From: Gammaproteobacteria bacterium
GTDB taxonomy: Bacteria; Pseudomonadota; Gammaproteobacteria; Eutrophobiales; Eutrophobiaceae
DNA length: 64,000 nucleotides
Direction of reading: 5' to 3'
Assembly (NCBI GenBank): GCA_965221695.1
Contig: OZ244905.1
Span: forward strand, 1,280,001 to 1,344,000
Both the position numbers and the translations under genes were made by a program. Shown in pieces: positions 47,179-57,363 of the stretch (positions within the stretch are counted from its first letter, which is position 1; each line of letters starts with the position of its first letter). The notes beneath the pieces were generated by a model that was given only the letters and a program-made list of their open reading frames with translations, made no database searches and was not told the origin of the DNA.

Positions 47179-49926
47179 GTGAGAATCCAGGACAACTACC
47201 GGATTGCAAATGATAGAGGTCGCTTGCTCCTGAACAGGATGCAGCCACTTCGCCGCAAGGCTGCATCAATACAACGGTTGAGTTTACTTAAACGACTCGA
47301 ACTGCAGAAAGACACTCACCTCAGCATTATCCATGCTCCGGCGGGTTACGGAAAAACTGCCCTGCTTGCACAATACTTTGAGCTACTGCAGACACAGGAC
47401 CAGCATTGTGGCTGGCTTACCTTGGACAGCAGCGACAATGATCCGGTGCAATTACTGGCATATCTTATTGCCTCACTGCACGCAACGACACTTATCCCCA
47501 AAGATATATTGCATGCAGCATTCAATGGTTTTCACGGACTTGAGGAAAACGAAACCTTTAATCTTATCGTCAATAGCCTTTCAGGGTTCCAGACACCCGT
47601 TTATATTTTACTTGATGACTACCACCTTCTCGAGGCTGGTCCCAGCCAACAACGGATACAGAAATTAATTGAATTAACGCTCGAAAATACGCATTTCATT
47701 ATAGCCAGCAGGGAAGTTCCTACCGCTTTAAAAGGGCGCTTGCAGATATCCGGTTCCTATTTTGAATTAACGGCCGGCGACCTGGCATTAACAGAATCAG
47801 AAACAATCGAGTTGCTGGGATTATCCGAACAACTAAACATCACTGATGAACTAATCAGTTTGTTACACGAAAAAACAGAAGGCTGGGCCGCTGCGATTGA
47901 GTTCGCCAGGAACTGGTTAAACAAGAATACCGAAATAGATGTTAACAGCTTTATTAATCAATCAACGGATTTCTCGACTTTTGTCATGACCGAGATTTTC
48001 AATCAACTTCCGGTAGATTTACAACGTGTGATGGTAGCTACATCCATAGTCAGCCAGATTGATGGAGATATCATTAATGTTGTTTGTGCACGAAACGATG
48101 GCTGGCAAGTAGTGGAGAAACTTTTTCAGTACGACCTGATCATTCCCCTTGATGGCGCAAGCGCCCCATACCGATATCATCATTTGCTGACTGTATTTCT
48201 TCAAAACCGGTTTCGTAACAAGAATGATAATGATCAAAGTGAATTGCACAAACTCACATCGGAATGGTACCTGAGGACTGATAACCATGCTGAGTCAATA
48301 AGACATGCCATTGCCTGTAATGATCCGGAACATCTTGCATCAGTAACCGAACGGTCCGGTGGTTGGCGCTTCGTTTTGGATGGAAGGATTTCGACCTTGA
48401 AATCCATACTTGACCTTCTGCCACTGGAAACAATTCAAAACTTTCCCAGAACCTACTTGGGCTATATCATGCTGGTTGCGAAACATGGAAACGTTCACGA
48501 AGCGTCAGTTGAGTTTACTGACTTGCGCGACAGGACACAGGGTTTTACTGTCTTAAATGGAACCCCCTTGCCTTCTTTTTTTGCCGTTGAAGCCAATGTG
48601 GTTGAATTCTTCCTTGGTGGAATAGGAGACAGACCGCAAACTCAGCAGTATATCGCCAGAATGGAATCTGCTCTTAAAGGGATTGACAAAAAAGACCATC
48701 TTCTACAAGCCAACTTATTGAACTACCTCAGCTATGGTTACTTCGATTATGGGAGTTTTGAGAAAGCATTTAATGCCGGTGAAGGCGCAATTTTTCACTA
48801 TAAGGAATTACGTTCGATTTATGGTGAAAACTTTCTCTATTTCCACTTGGGGAAAATATGTCTTGCCCAGGGTCGTCTGCGTGATGCGGAACAAATTTAC
48901 GATGAAGGGTATAAGCTGGCTGTCAATAATTTCGGGATTGACAGCGACATGGCTGCTATTGCCGCTGCGCATCTGGCAGAAATTGCATACGAAAAAAGTG
49001 AGTTTGAGCAGGCACAAACCTACCTGAGCGTTGCCTTCCCAAGAATTGAGCAATCAGAAGCCTGGTTCGACGTATATATTTCTGCCTATTTAACGGCCGC
49101 GAATATCGCCCGTATCCGGAAAGGTGCAGGCGCCGCAATGAAAGTTTTGGTTGATGGCTTCCGCACCGGCAAGCGTCGCAAGATTCACCGGCTACGCGTA
49201 TTCACGATTTGTCAGCAGACTCGTATTTTTGTCCGCGAAGGCCGCTTACAAAGGGCGGGCTGGCTTATTAATCGTTTACAATTTGAATCATTGATAAATC
49301 CAACCACCGGGAATAATTTCGTCAGTCATCGAATTGTTGAAGAAATTGGTTTGACTACTGCCTATTACTATATGCAAAGTGAACGCCCGCTCGATGCAAT
49401 CAAGGTAATCAATTCCTTGCTCACAACAGCGAAACGTAATAACTGTCGCCGAAGTTTAATTTCATTGTTTATCCTGCTGAGTCTGGCTTATTTCAAACTT
49501 GGAAAACTAAAGCCGGCGCTGGCCAGGTTGAATGATGCAGTATCGCATGCGGTGTTTGAGGGATTCAAAAGACCATTCCTGGTCTACGGTGAAGACCAGC
49601 GCATCATGCTGGAATTGGCGCTTTCCGACAATCAGTTGTTTCCTGATAACCGATTAAAGCGATCCTTCCTGGTCGAACTATTAAATATGATCGACCAGGA
49701 AACCCGATACCGTGAACGTCATTCACCAGGCGTGTTAACTTTCAGAGAAAGAGAGATTGTGAAATATATTTACGATGGCTATTCGAATAAGGAGATAGCT
49801 CGAAGTCGAAATTGTTCAGAGAATACCGTGAAATTTCACTTGAAAAACATTTTTTTGAAGTTTGGTGTAAAAAACAGAAAAGCGCTGGCGCGATTGGCTT
49901 GGGAGCACATTGAAGGGCAAAATTAA
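47179..49926 (+). CDS. MalT-like ATP-dependent LuxR-family transcriptional activator
   Basis: APAGYGKT, WLTLD..DND, LDDYH, TEGW, YRYHHL; C-terminal LT.RE..GYSNKEIA..TVKFHLKNIF. Confidence 0.9.
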   Translation: MRIQDNYRIANDRGRLLLNRMQPLRRKAASIQRLSLLKRLELQKDTHLSIIHAPAGYGKTALLAQYFELLQTQDQHCGWLTLDSSDNDPVQLLAYLIASLHATTLIPKDILHAAFNGFHGLEENETFNLIVNSLSGFQTPVYILLDDYHLLEAGPSQQRIQKLIELTLENTHFIIASREVPTALKGRLQISGSYFELTAGDLALTESETIELLGLSEQLNITDELISLLHEKTEGWAAAIEFARNWLNKNTEIDVNSFINQSTDFSTFVMTEIFNQLPVDLQRVMVATSIVSQIDGDIINVVCARNDGWQVVEKLFQYDLIIPLDGASAPYRYHHLLTVFLQNRFRNKNDNDQSELHKLTSEWYLRTDNHAESIRHAIACNDPEHLASVTERSGGWRFVLDGRISTLKSILDLLPLETIQNFPRTYLGYIMLVAKHGNVHEASVEFTDLRDRTQGFTVLNGTPLPSFFAVEANVVEFFLGGIGDRPQTQQYIARMESALKGIDKKDHLLQANLLNYLSYGYFDYGSFEKAFNAGEGAIFHYKELRSIYGENFLYFHLGKICLAQGRLRDAEQIYDEGYKLAVNNFGIDSDMAAIAAAHLAEIAYEKSEFEQAQTYLSVAFPRIEQSEAWFDVYISAYLTAANIARIRKGAGAAMKVLVDGFRTGKRRKIHRLRVFTICQQTRIFVREGRLQRAGWLINRLQFESLINPTTGNNFVSHRIVEEIGLTTAYYYMQSERPLDAIKVINSLLTTAKRNNCRRSLISLFILLSLAYFKLGKLKPALARLNDAVSHAVFEGFKRPFLVYGEDQRIMLELALSDNQLFPDNRLKRSFLVELLNMIDQETRYRERHSPGVLTFREREIVKYIYDGYSNKEIARSRNCSENTVKFHLKNIFLKFGVKNRKALARLAWEHIEGQN

Positions 49927-50747
49927 TTCCGTCTCTCATAAGTCCGGTAACAACTGTTGCAAAAATCAAGCGCCTTGCTGTTGAAATCCTCCGCAAACTC
50001 GTGGAAGGAGAGATGCGCCGGCATGTAGTAGGTTGTTGCATTCGGTTGATTTTCGCTGATCCACTGCCCGGCTGCCGTTCTCCAGTCTTCGCGCACTACC
50101 TGCATTATCGGTATCTCTTTGTCGGTGCGGCGGGCAACTTCGCGGTAGTCCAGGTTAAAGCTGGTCCTGATCAGGTCGCAGGCGACAGCTTCCGGTGTCC
50201 TGGCGGCTGCATGCAGCATGTCCCGGACAAAGTCCGGGTCGGGCTTCTCTACGTAGCAATGGTAGAGGTAATCCTCAAAGAATTTCAAATGACCCATTTC
50301 GGTCAGCATCTCCAGGCTGGCCGTGAGTTCATCCGCTTCTCCTTCCCCCCAATCCGCAGCGCTGTCCTTCCTGATCTTCGGCGGCTCGTCAATGCTGATA
50401 AACCCGCGCACACCGGCAGTGCCGAACTGTTCAAAATATGAATACGCGGTGCAGACGCCGAAGGACCAGCCGGCTATCACACAATCGTCGAGTTCAAGGC
50501 GGTTGATGAATTCATGCAGGTCGGCGCCGTGCTGCATGAAATCGTTACCCGTGGCGGTTACGCCGGAATCGCCGTGGCTGCGTTGGTCGTAAGCCAGCGC
50601 CCGGTACCGCCCGGCGAAGGCCGGCAAGTTCCTGGCGAAGACCTTTGTCGTATAGGTCCAGCCCGGTATGAAAATGACCGGTTTGCCGGCGCCGTGTTCT
50701 AAATAAGCGAGCGTTAATTCATCGGATATATCCAAGCGCTTTTTCAT
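49923..50747 (-). CDS. alpha/beta hydrolase
   Basis: IPGW, DQRSHGDS, GWSFG nucleophile elbow, C-terminal His. Confidence 0.88.
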   Translation of the reverse strand: MKKRLDISDELTLAYLEHGAGKPVIFIPGWTYTTKVFARNLPAFAGRYRALAYDQRSHGDSGVTATGNDFMQHGADLHEFINRLELDDCVIAGWSFGVCTAYSYFEQFGTAGVRGFISIDEPPKIRKDSAADWGEGEADELTASLEMLTEMGHLKFFEDYLYHCYVEKPDPDFVRDMLHAAARTPEAVACDLIRTSFNLDYREVARRTDKEIPIMQVVREDWRTAAGQWISENQPNATTYYMPAHLSFHEFAEDFNSKALDFCNSCYRTYERRN

Positions 50748-50831
50748 AAGCCCGAAAATCTCACCAATTCGCTTGTTAGCATCGGATAGATGTTTGCTGT
50801 CATCGTATCAATTGGTGAGATATTCGGGCTA
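50748..50831 (-). mobile_element. MITE-like family D, short copy
   Basis: Terminal IR cccgaa(a/t)atctcaccaatt; homologous to both ends of 62186-62373. Confidence 0.8.
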
Positions 50832-53132
50832 GAAATCCTTACGGACTTCAAGACCGAAGCTGCGCGGACGGTTGGTCATTATGCGCGGGCGTCCGGGCTT
50901 CTCCGCGGCGATGGAGCGATTATCCGACAGGTTGGCATGTTCGTTGGTCGCGTTTTTGACAAACAGGGCGATATCCCAACTGCCGGCCTGGAAAGCGCCG
51001 ATACGGATATTGAGCAACTCGAAGGAATCTCTGACCCGCGGCGGCAATGTGCCGCTGTTATTTCCACTCAGGCTGTCGCCGTAATGGGAAAAATCACCGC
51101 GCACATAGCCTTCCCACGTGGAAAACAGCGGGAAACTGTATTCAGCGGCCGCATTGAAAGTAACTTCCGGAACCTGGGTCACGCGATCGCCGGCGGCAGT
51201 GCCTGCCAGCGGATTTCCTGAAGTCAGTTTGGCATCGGTATAGCCGAACCCTAAGGACAGGTTCAAGCCCTCCATCGGAACGGCTTGCAGTTCAACTTCA
51301 ACTCCCTTGTTGTCTGCCTCCCCGGAATTGGCTACGTATTGGAAACCGCAGGCCAGCCGGTTCGTTTGCAGGATATCGCTCCAGTTGATGTTGAAAGCCG
51401 CGACATTCAGGTTAACCCGGTCATCAAACCAGGATGACTTCATGCCAAGCTCGAAATTCCACAGCGAGTCTGAATTGAAGTCTCTTACATCGGCGCTGGT
51501 GATGCCCAGGCTCGCTATTTCATCGGCGCAAAGCAGTTCCGGCACAGACAGGTTCACCCCACCGACGCGAAAACCCTTGGATGCGGAGCCGTAAACCATC
51601 ATGTCTTCGGATACATCAAGCTCCACCAGGACCTTGGGAACCACTTCGGAACTGCTCTGCTTGGTCCTCGGCAGCACAACCGGGCCGCTATTGACAAACC
51701 CGCCCCTGTCAGAATCGAAATCGATGGTCGTGTCGGACCAGCGCGCGCCGGCGGTCAACCTGAGGTTCTCGGTCAGCCTCAGCGTCAACTCGCCGAATAC
51801 CGCGATCTCTTCCGTATCCTGGTCATCGTAGGTATAAAATACCAGGTCGGAACCGAGCAGGCCGGGAGGTACCGGCACCGGAAACCCGGGGACAATGCCT
51901 GTCAGCGCTGCGTTCAGCGCGCCGGTAAACTGTTCATTGACGCCGGGCGCGAAAGAAGGCGGATACTCAAGAATATGCTCCCGGTTCTCGTAGAATACAC
52001 CCAGGGTCAGCGCCACATTGTCAAACGGCAGATCGCCGAAATCGGTGATCAAACGGGTTTCATGCACAAACGAGCTGTCCTCTTCCGTTTCGGAGATTTG
52101 ACTCGGGATGTGCGGCTCAGGCACGCCGTTGGCCGCAAACACCAAGCCATCCAGGGTGCCGGTCTGGTCCTCGTACTCCTCGACATCGCGGTCATACTTT
52201 GCCGTGGTAGATACGATTTCACCGAACCCGGTGTCGATATTGACTGTCACGCTGCCCAGCCACCATTCTTCATCGCCGGGTTCTTCGATGTTGTTATGCC
52301 GGGGCACGTTAAAATTGCCGGGCTTGATATCGGCCAGCGGCAGGTTATCCGATTTTGTGCGCTGATACATGAAGCGGGGCCTGATGCTGATGTTGTCGGA
52401 CGCATTCCAGAGAAACGAGATAGCGCCGCCATAGAACTCATCGTCATCGACATTGGTCGCGGTATTGAACGCAGGCCGGTTGGAACCGGCTATATGTAAC
52501 CGATCAAATACCCCGGAATTTTCCGCATAGTAAAACAGCGCGCGGGCACCCAGCACGCCTTCCACTATGGGGGCGTTCACGCTGCCGTCCACCCGCCAGT
52601 TCAGGCCTCCTTCTTTTATGTCCGATATCGACGTGCGCAGATAACCATCCAACTCCTCCGTATGGGCTTGTTTGGTGATCACACGTACAGTCCCGCCCAT
52701 GGAGCGGGCGCCGTAGAGAGTGCCTTGCGGGCCGCGCAAGACCTCAACGCGCGAGATGTCCGAGACCCGCGGGTTCATGTATTCCGGAACCGGTATGTCA
52801 TCGATATAGAACCCGGTCGCGCCGACCACGCCGCCACCGGCCACGCCGCGGATTGCTGGAGAGCCCGCGTTGAAACGGCCATCGGCCTCATTGCTGAAAC
52901 CCAGGTTGGGAATCTTCACGCCATAGTCGAATATGCCCTCGGCGCCGATTCGTTGCAGCTCAAACTCGCCCAAGGCCGTGATGGACATGGCCGTATCCTG
53001 CAGGCTGGTCTCGCGCTTGGTCGCAGTAACGAGTATCTCTTCAATCACTTGCGCCGGCGCCGCAGCCACTGCGCACAGCAGATATATAATCACCCAGCAT
53101 CGTATACGGGCGATGTTTTTTGTTGTATTCAT
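50829..53132 (-). CDS. TonB-dependent receptor
   Basis: EEILVTATKRE, VEVLRGPQGTLYG, terminal Phe; GGAGGA RBS before ATG 53132. Confidence 0.93.
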   Translation of the reverse strand: MNTTKNIARIRCWVIIYLLCAVAAAPAQVIEEILVTATKRETSLQDTAMSITALGEFELQRIGAEGIFDYGVKIPNLGFSNEADGRFNAGSPAIRGVAGGGVVGATGFYIDDIPVPEYMNPRVSDISRVEVLRGPQGTLYGARSMGGTVRVITKQAHTEELDGYLRTSISDIKEGGLNWRVDGSVNAPIVEGVLGARALFYYAENSGVFDRLHIAGSNRPAFNTATNVDDDEFYGGAISFLWNASDNISIRPRFMYQRTKSDNLPLADIKPGNFNVPRHNNIEEPGDEEWWLGSVTVNIDTGFGEIVSTTAKYDRDVEEYEDQTGTLDGLVFAANGVPEPHIPSQISETEEDSSFVHETRLITDFGDLPFDNVALTLGVFYENREHILEYPPSFAPGVNEQFTGALNAALTGIVPGFPVPVPPGLLGSDLVFYTYDDQDTEEIAVFGELTLRLTENLRLTAGARWSDTTIDFDSDRGGFVNSGPVVLPRTKQSSSEVVPKVLVELDVSEDMMVYGSASKGFRVGGVNLSVPELLCADEIASLGITSADVRDFNSDSLWNFELGMKSSWFDDRVNLNVAAFNINWSDILQTNRLACGFQYVANSGEADNKGVEVELQAVPMEGLNLSLGFGYTDAKLTSGNPLAGTAAGDRVTQVPEVTFNAAAEYSFPLFSTWEGYVRGDFSHYGDSLSGNNSGTLPPRVRDSFELLNIRIGAFQAGSWDIALFVKNATNEHANLSDNRSIAAEKPGRPRIMTNRPRSFGLEVRKDF

Positions 53133-53257
53133 AACAGTCCTCCACACAGAGGTATTTACATAATTTGACAGAACTTATTTTTACTGCTTGAATTAACAGA
53201 GTGTTATCCTTATTGCGCAATAAAGTCGTATTTTTCAAACAAATTCGGTGAATTAGC

Positions 53258-54250
53258 GTGATGGAATATCCGATTTGCGCAAAAAAGCCCGCCATCTGGC
53301 AGCATCAACATCGGGACATTGATGAACAGGCCGCGCGCCTTACCGGTTACGATCAATCTTACCAGCAGATAAGCAAGGGTTCTTTCCGTGGCACGTTTAC
53401 CACCTGCCACCTGGACCCGGAAATGACCCTGTTTTTTGAATCGACCAACCAGGTGCTGTACCAGAATGCCGCGGTTCCGCCGAAATATTACGCCATCGGC
53501 CTGTTGATGAACACCGACCGAACGCTGGTGTTGAATTGTGAGCCTTTCCCGAAAGGTTCGGCGTTTATTCTTCCTCCCGGCTCCGAGATGGAGGGCATTT
53601 CGTCCCCCGACATGAAAATCTGCATCATCCATATCTCCAGTGACCTCTTGCAGCGAACGCTGCAGCGCCAGTACGAGGAACCGGATCTATTCAAGCCGCG
53701 CTATATTCCCTACCGCCTCATTAACAACGAAAAGGACACGCGACCGCTGTGTGCACTGCTGGAAGATGTTCAGACCGGCGCGGAGCAAGCGGCTCTGTGC
53801 CTGGACAGCGCAAACCAGTTGGCGGCGATGAAAAATGCGCTGGCAGAAACGATATGCTCCGTGTTTATCACAAACAAGCAGCAAAGTCGGGACAGATCCG
53901 GCATCACGACAATAACCCGGCGTCACCGGCTGTTTCATGACGCGCTGGATATTATCAGGGACAACCTGTCCGAGGAGCTGACCGTCGGCAAATTGTGCGA
54001 AGAGTTGTCGGCCTCGCGGCGCACACTGGAATACGTGTTCAACGAAAACATCAGGATGAGCCCGGCCAAGTATATCAGGGCCTGGCGCCTGAATAATATC
54101 AGGCGGGAAATCATCGCGATGGAACCCCGGCCCTTGGGCGATATTGCGGCGAAATGGGGCATCTGGCACCTGGGCCGCTTCGCAAAGGATTACCACCAAC
54201 TGTTCGGCGAACTGCCCTCAGCGACCAAAGAAAGCGCCGGCGGGCGTTAA
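53258..54250 (+). CDS. AraC-family regulator, EutR-like
   Basis: Q.YQQISKGSF.G N-terminus; SRRTLEYVF, WGIWHLGRFAKDY..LFGELPS. Confidence 0.9.
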   Translation: MMEYPICAKKPAIWQHQHRDIDEQAARLTGYDQSYQQISKGSFRGTFTTCHLDPEMTLFFESTNQVLYQNAAVPPKYYAIGLLMNTDRTLVLNCEPFPKGSAFILPPGSEMEGISSPDMKICIIHISSDLLQRTLQRQYEEPDLFKPRYIPYRLINNEKDTRPLCALLEDVQTGAEQAALCLDSANQLAAMKNALAETICSVFITNKQQSRDRSGITTITRRHRLFHDALDIIRDNLSEELTVGKLCEELSASRRTLEYVFNENIRMSPAKYIRAWRLNNIRREIIAMEPRPLGDIAAKWGIWHLGRFAKDYHQLFGELPSATKESAGGR

Positions 54251-55351
54251 TTAAGCACGCGCTTCCTGAACTCGGATGGACTCGACCCTGCTATCCTCCT
54301 GGCGCAATACGCCGCGGCGGAGTTGGTCTTGCTCTATGGACTCGAACAATGCCTGAAAATTGCCCTCGCCGAAACCTTCGTTGCCTTTGCGCTGGATGAT
54401 TTCAAAGAAAATCGGCCCTATCACGTTTTCGGTAAAGATCTGCAACAACAGACCCTTGCCTTCACCGGGCGCGCCGTCGATCAGTATATGGCGCTGCCTG
54501 AGCGCCTGCAGATCTTCTCTGTGGCCGGGCAAACGCTGGTCCACGCTTTCATAATATGTGTCCGGCGTGGTCTGGAATTCCACGCCGCGACAGCGTAAAG
54601 CGTCCACGGTCGCATAGATATCGTCCGTTGCCATCGCTATATGCTGTATGCCTTCCCCGCGGTATTCGCTCAGGTATTCCTCAATTTGTGATTTGTCGTC
54701 GGCGGACTCGTTGATCGGGATGCGTATTTTGCCGCAAGGGCTGACCATCGCGCGGCTTTTCAAGCCGGTCAGCCTGCCTTCTATATCGAAGTATTGCAAT
54801 TCCCTGAAGTTGAATAACTTTTGGTAGAAATCCGCCCACTTGTCCATATTGCCGCGGTGCACATTATGGGTAAGGTGGTCCACTGACGCGAGCCTGGTCT
54901 CCACGTTGCGCCGCTCGACGTCGAGCGGAACAAAATCCACATCGTAGATGGTCCTGTCCCCATATCGGTCAACCAGGTACAAGCGGCTGCCGCCGATACC
55001 GGCAAGCGCGGGGATATTCAATTCCATTGGCCCGGCCCGGGTCTCAACTGCTTGCGCGCCCAACTCGAGCGCGCTGGCATAGGCGCTGGCCGCGTCCCTG
55101 ACCCGAAATGCGACCGCACAAATGGACGGCCCGTGCTGTTCCGCAAAGCGCCGGGCAAAACTGTCCGGCTCGGCGTTGATAATAAAATTGATATCGCCCT
55201 GGGCGTGCAAGGTCACATTCTTGCTGCGATGTTGCGCAGTTGCGGGAAAGCCCATTGTTTCAAACAGGCGCCGCAGCAACGCCGGGTCGGGCGCGGTGTA
55301 TTCGATAAACTCAAACCCATCGGTACCCATGGGGTTATGCTTGTCAGCCAT
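54251..55351 (-). CDS. hppD: 4-hydroxyphenylpyruvate dioxygenase
   Basis: NPMGTDGFEF, DHLTHNV, GEGIQHIA, FFEIIQRKGNEGFGEGNF; start reset to MADKHN (AGGAGG RBS). Confidence 0.96.
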   Translation of the reverse strand: MADKHNPMGTDGFEFIEYTAPDPALLRRLFETMGFPATAQHRSKNVTLHAQGDINFIINAEPDSFARRFAEQHGPSICAVAFRVRDAASAYASALELGAQAVETRAGPMELNIPALAGIGGSRLYLVDRYGDRTIYDVDFVPLDVERRNVETRLASVDHLTHNVHRGNMDKWADFYQKLFNFRELQYFDIEGRLTGLKSRAMVSPCGKIRIPINESADDKSQIEEYLSEYRGEGIQHIAMATDDIYATVDALRCRGVEFQTTPDTYYESVDQRLPGHREDLQALRQRHILIDGAPGEGKGLLLQIFTENVIGPIFFEIIQRKGNEGFGEGNFQALFESIEQDQLRRGVLRQEDSRVESIRVQEARA

Positions 55352-55373
55352 GAGCATTCCTCCTGTTCTGAAA

Positions 55374-55420
55374 TAGTTGCTGTTGCAACAAATATTAGTT
55401 GCACGAACAACTTTTGTCAA
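55374..55420 (-). promoter_or_regulatory. hppD promoter with two MarR-type operator-like sites
   Basis: TTGACA-17-TAATAT on the minus strand; TAGTTGCTGTTGCAACAA (55374) and TAGTTGCACGAACAACTT (55396). Confidence 0.7.
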
Positions 55421-55480
55421 GCGCTTCGATGGAAGTCCGGGTCGTACTTCGCGCACGACCACGACGGGCGCGCTTGATTT

Positions 55481-55975
55481 GTGGTAAAGAAGGCTATATG
55501 TTGCCGATCGTTATCGCCGGAGCCTGGCGTATTGCAACAGCGCGAACCATTACGACTTGAAGCATTTCTACCCTACAGGTTGTCCCTGCTGTCGAATGCC
55601 GTCAGCGGGGCTATCGCTGAAGTTTACGGGGACAGGTTTGCACTATCGATGCCGGAGTGGCGTATTATGATGATCCTGGCCGAGTATCCTGACATCTCTG
55701 CAGAAGAAGTCTGCCGCCGCACAAAAATTGAAAAGTCCGTCGTATCCAGGGCGGTGGCGCGGCTGCTCAAACGGCATTTCATCCACCGGGATGTGGATGA
55801 AAACGACCGGCGCCGCTCCATATTGAGACTGTCGGAAACCGGCTTGTCCGTTTATGATGAAGTCATGCCCATCGCCCGGGATTACGAAACAAGTTTATTG
55901 GCGGACTTGACCGAGGAAGAGCTGGAGACGTTCAACGCGATGATTGACAGGCTGATGGAAAAGGCGACTATTTAA
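55481..55975 (+). CDS. MarR-family regulator divergent from hppD (start may be later)
   Basis: FLPYRLS, PEWRIM, VSRAV, DRRRSIL; paralogue of 21567-22001. Confidence 0.9.
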   Translation: MVKKAICCRSLSPEPGVLQQREPLRLEAFLPYRLSLLSNAVSGAIAEVYGDRFALSMPEWRIMMILAEYPDISAEEVCRRTKIEKSVVSRAVARLLKRHFIHRDVDENDRRRSILRLSETGLSVYDEVMPIARDYETSLLADLTEEELETFNAMIDRLMEKATI

Positions 55976-55983
55976 TCTACTGG

Positions 55984-56003
55984 ATTCCCGTTTGCACGGG
56001 AAT
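55984..56003. repeat. ATTCCC-N8-GGGAAT REP/dRS3-like palindrome
   Basis: attccc gtttgcac gggaat, preceded by ctgg. Confidence 0.6.
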
Positions 56004-56027
56004 GGTACAGTGCATGGGTTATACAAC

Positions 56028-56257
56028 AAGAGAACCTCTGATTAAGTCAGAAGTTCCCACGATACAAGGATGTATCGTCACAAATCAGCCTGGAGCGGAT
56101 TTGGACATCCGAAGGATGCCCGAAGGGTGTGCGTCATGGACGGTGCACATCAATATCAATGACTGTAAGGCATTGATATTGTGAGGAAAACAAAAATCGC
56201 ATTTTTGTTTTCCGTACTCTGACAAGTCCAGGATGGACTTGTTCAGAGTTTCCCAAG
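56028..56257 (+). mobile_element. repeat family A, 230-bp copy with nested 72-bp insert (56078-56149)
   Basis: Reverse complement of 36926-37155 with few substitutions. Confidence 0.9.
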
Positions 56258-56277
56258 ATTTAACAGGAGAAGATAGT

Positions 56278-57363
56278 ATGGAATTAGCCGTTCTTGGCGG
56301 TGGCCACGGTTGTTATGCCGCCGCCGCTACGCTGACCGAGCAAGGCCACCAGGTGCGTTTCTGGCGCCGCGATAAGGTGGCGTTTGAGCCGGTACTGAAA
56401 ACAAAAACCGTTACCCTGCTCGACAGCAAGGGGGAACGGGACGTTGAAATACACCAGGCAACCACTGACCTGGCCGAAGCAATCAACGGTGTGGAGTTGA
56501 TTGTAATCCCCCTGCCGGCGCTGGTCCATGAAGCCCTGGCACGCGAGCTGGCGCCGCACTTGCGGGATGGCCAGGTCGTGTACCTGCCACCCGGAACGTT
56601 CGGCAGCTACCTGTTTGCCCGGGCCTTGCGGGACGCCGGCAACCTTGCTGACGTCAGTTTTGCGGAAACCGGCACCCTGCCCTACCTGGCCAGGAAACGT
56701 TCTGCCAGCCTGGTTGCAGTCAGTGGCTATGCCACCCGCCTGCCCAGCGGAGTGTTCCCGGCAAAAAATTCGGATTACGCATTCCCCATTCTGGAACAGG
56801 CGTATCCCGCTGTGGAGCGTATTGAAGACGCGTTAAGCGGCGCCTTGATGAATGCCGGCCCGATTATTCATCCGCCCCTGATCCTGATGAATGCCGGGCC
56901 CATGGAGCATTTCGAGCGCTGGGATATTCATAACGAAGGCACGCAAGCGTCCATTCGGCGGGTAACCGACACGCTTGACGGAGAAAGAATTGCAATCCGC
57001 GAGGCGTTTGGTTATGCACCACCCCATTTTCCGTTGGCCGACCATTACCGGCCGGATGGCGATGAGTGGATGTACGGGAATGCCGCCCATGAAAGACTCA
57101 CGGACAGCGGCGACTGGCGCGAACATATCGACCTGAAAACACACCGCTATATGATCGAGGATGTCGAACTGGGACTGGCGCTGTTGGTCTCCTGCGCCGG
57201 CTACCTGGGCCTGGATGCGCCCATCAGCCGCGGCATGCTGGCCATGGGGTCCGCCATCACCGGGCGGAATTTTCTTGAGACGGGTCGAACCTTGGAGAAC
57301 CTGGGAGTTGCCGATATGGACCGTGCCGCCCTGGCTGAATTGTTGTATGAGGGAATCCGCTGA
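56278..57363 (+). CDS. NAD(P)-dependent opine (octopine/nopaline) dehydrogenase family protein
   Basis: AVLGGGHG, ETGTLPY, NAGPIIHP, HRYMIEDV; AGGAGA RBS before ATG 56278. Confidence 0.85.
   Translation: MELAVLGGGHGCYAAAATLTEQGHQVRFWRRDKVAFEPVLKTKTVTLLDSKGERDVEIHQATTDLAEAINGVELIVIPLPALVHEALARELAPHLRDGQVVYLPPGTFGSYLFARALRDAGNLADVSFAETGTLPYLARKRSASLVAVSGYATRLPSGVFPAKNSDYAFPILEQAYPAVERIEDALSGALMNAGPIIHPPLILMNAGPMEHFERWDIHNEGTQASIRRVTDTLDGERIAIREAFGYAPPHFPLADHYRPDGDEWMYGNAAHERLTDSGDWREHIDLKTHRYMIEDVELGLALLVSCAGYLGLDAPISRGMLAMGSAITGRNFLETGRTLENLGVADMDRAALAELLYEGIR

Noticed and set aside
55352-55462. N-terminal extension of hppD
   Set aside because: Covers the promoter and operator sites; AGGAGG RBS precedes ATG 55351
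56233-56277. MDLFRVS... extension of the opine dehydrogenase
   Set aside because: ATG lies in a family A element; the downstream ATG 56278 has an AGGAGA RBS and begins the Rossmann motif
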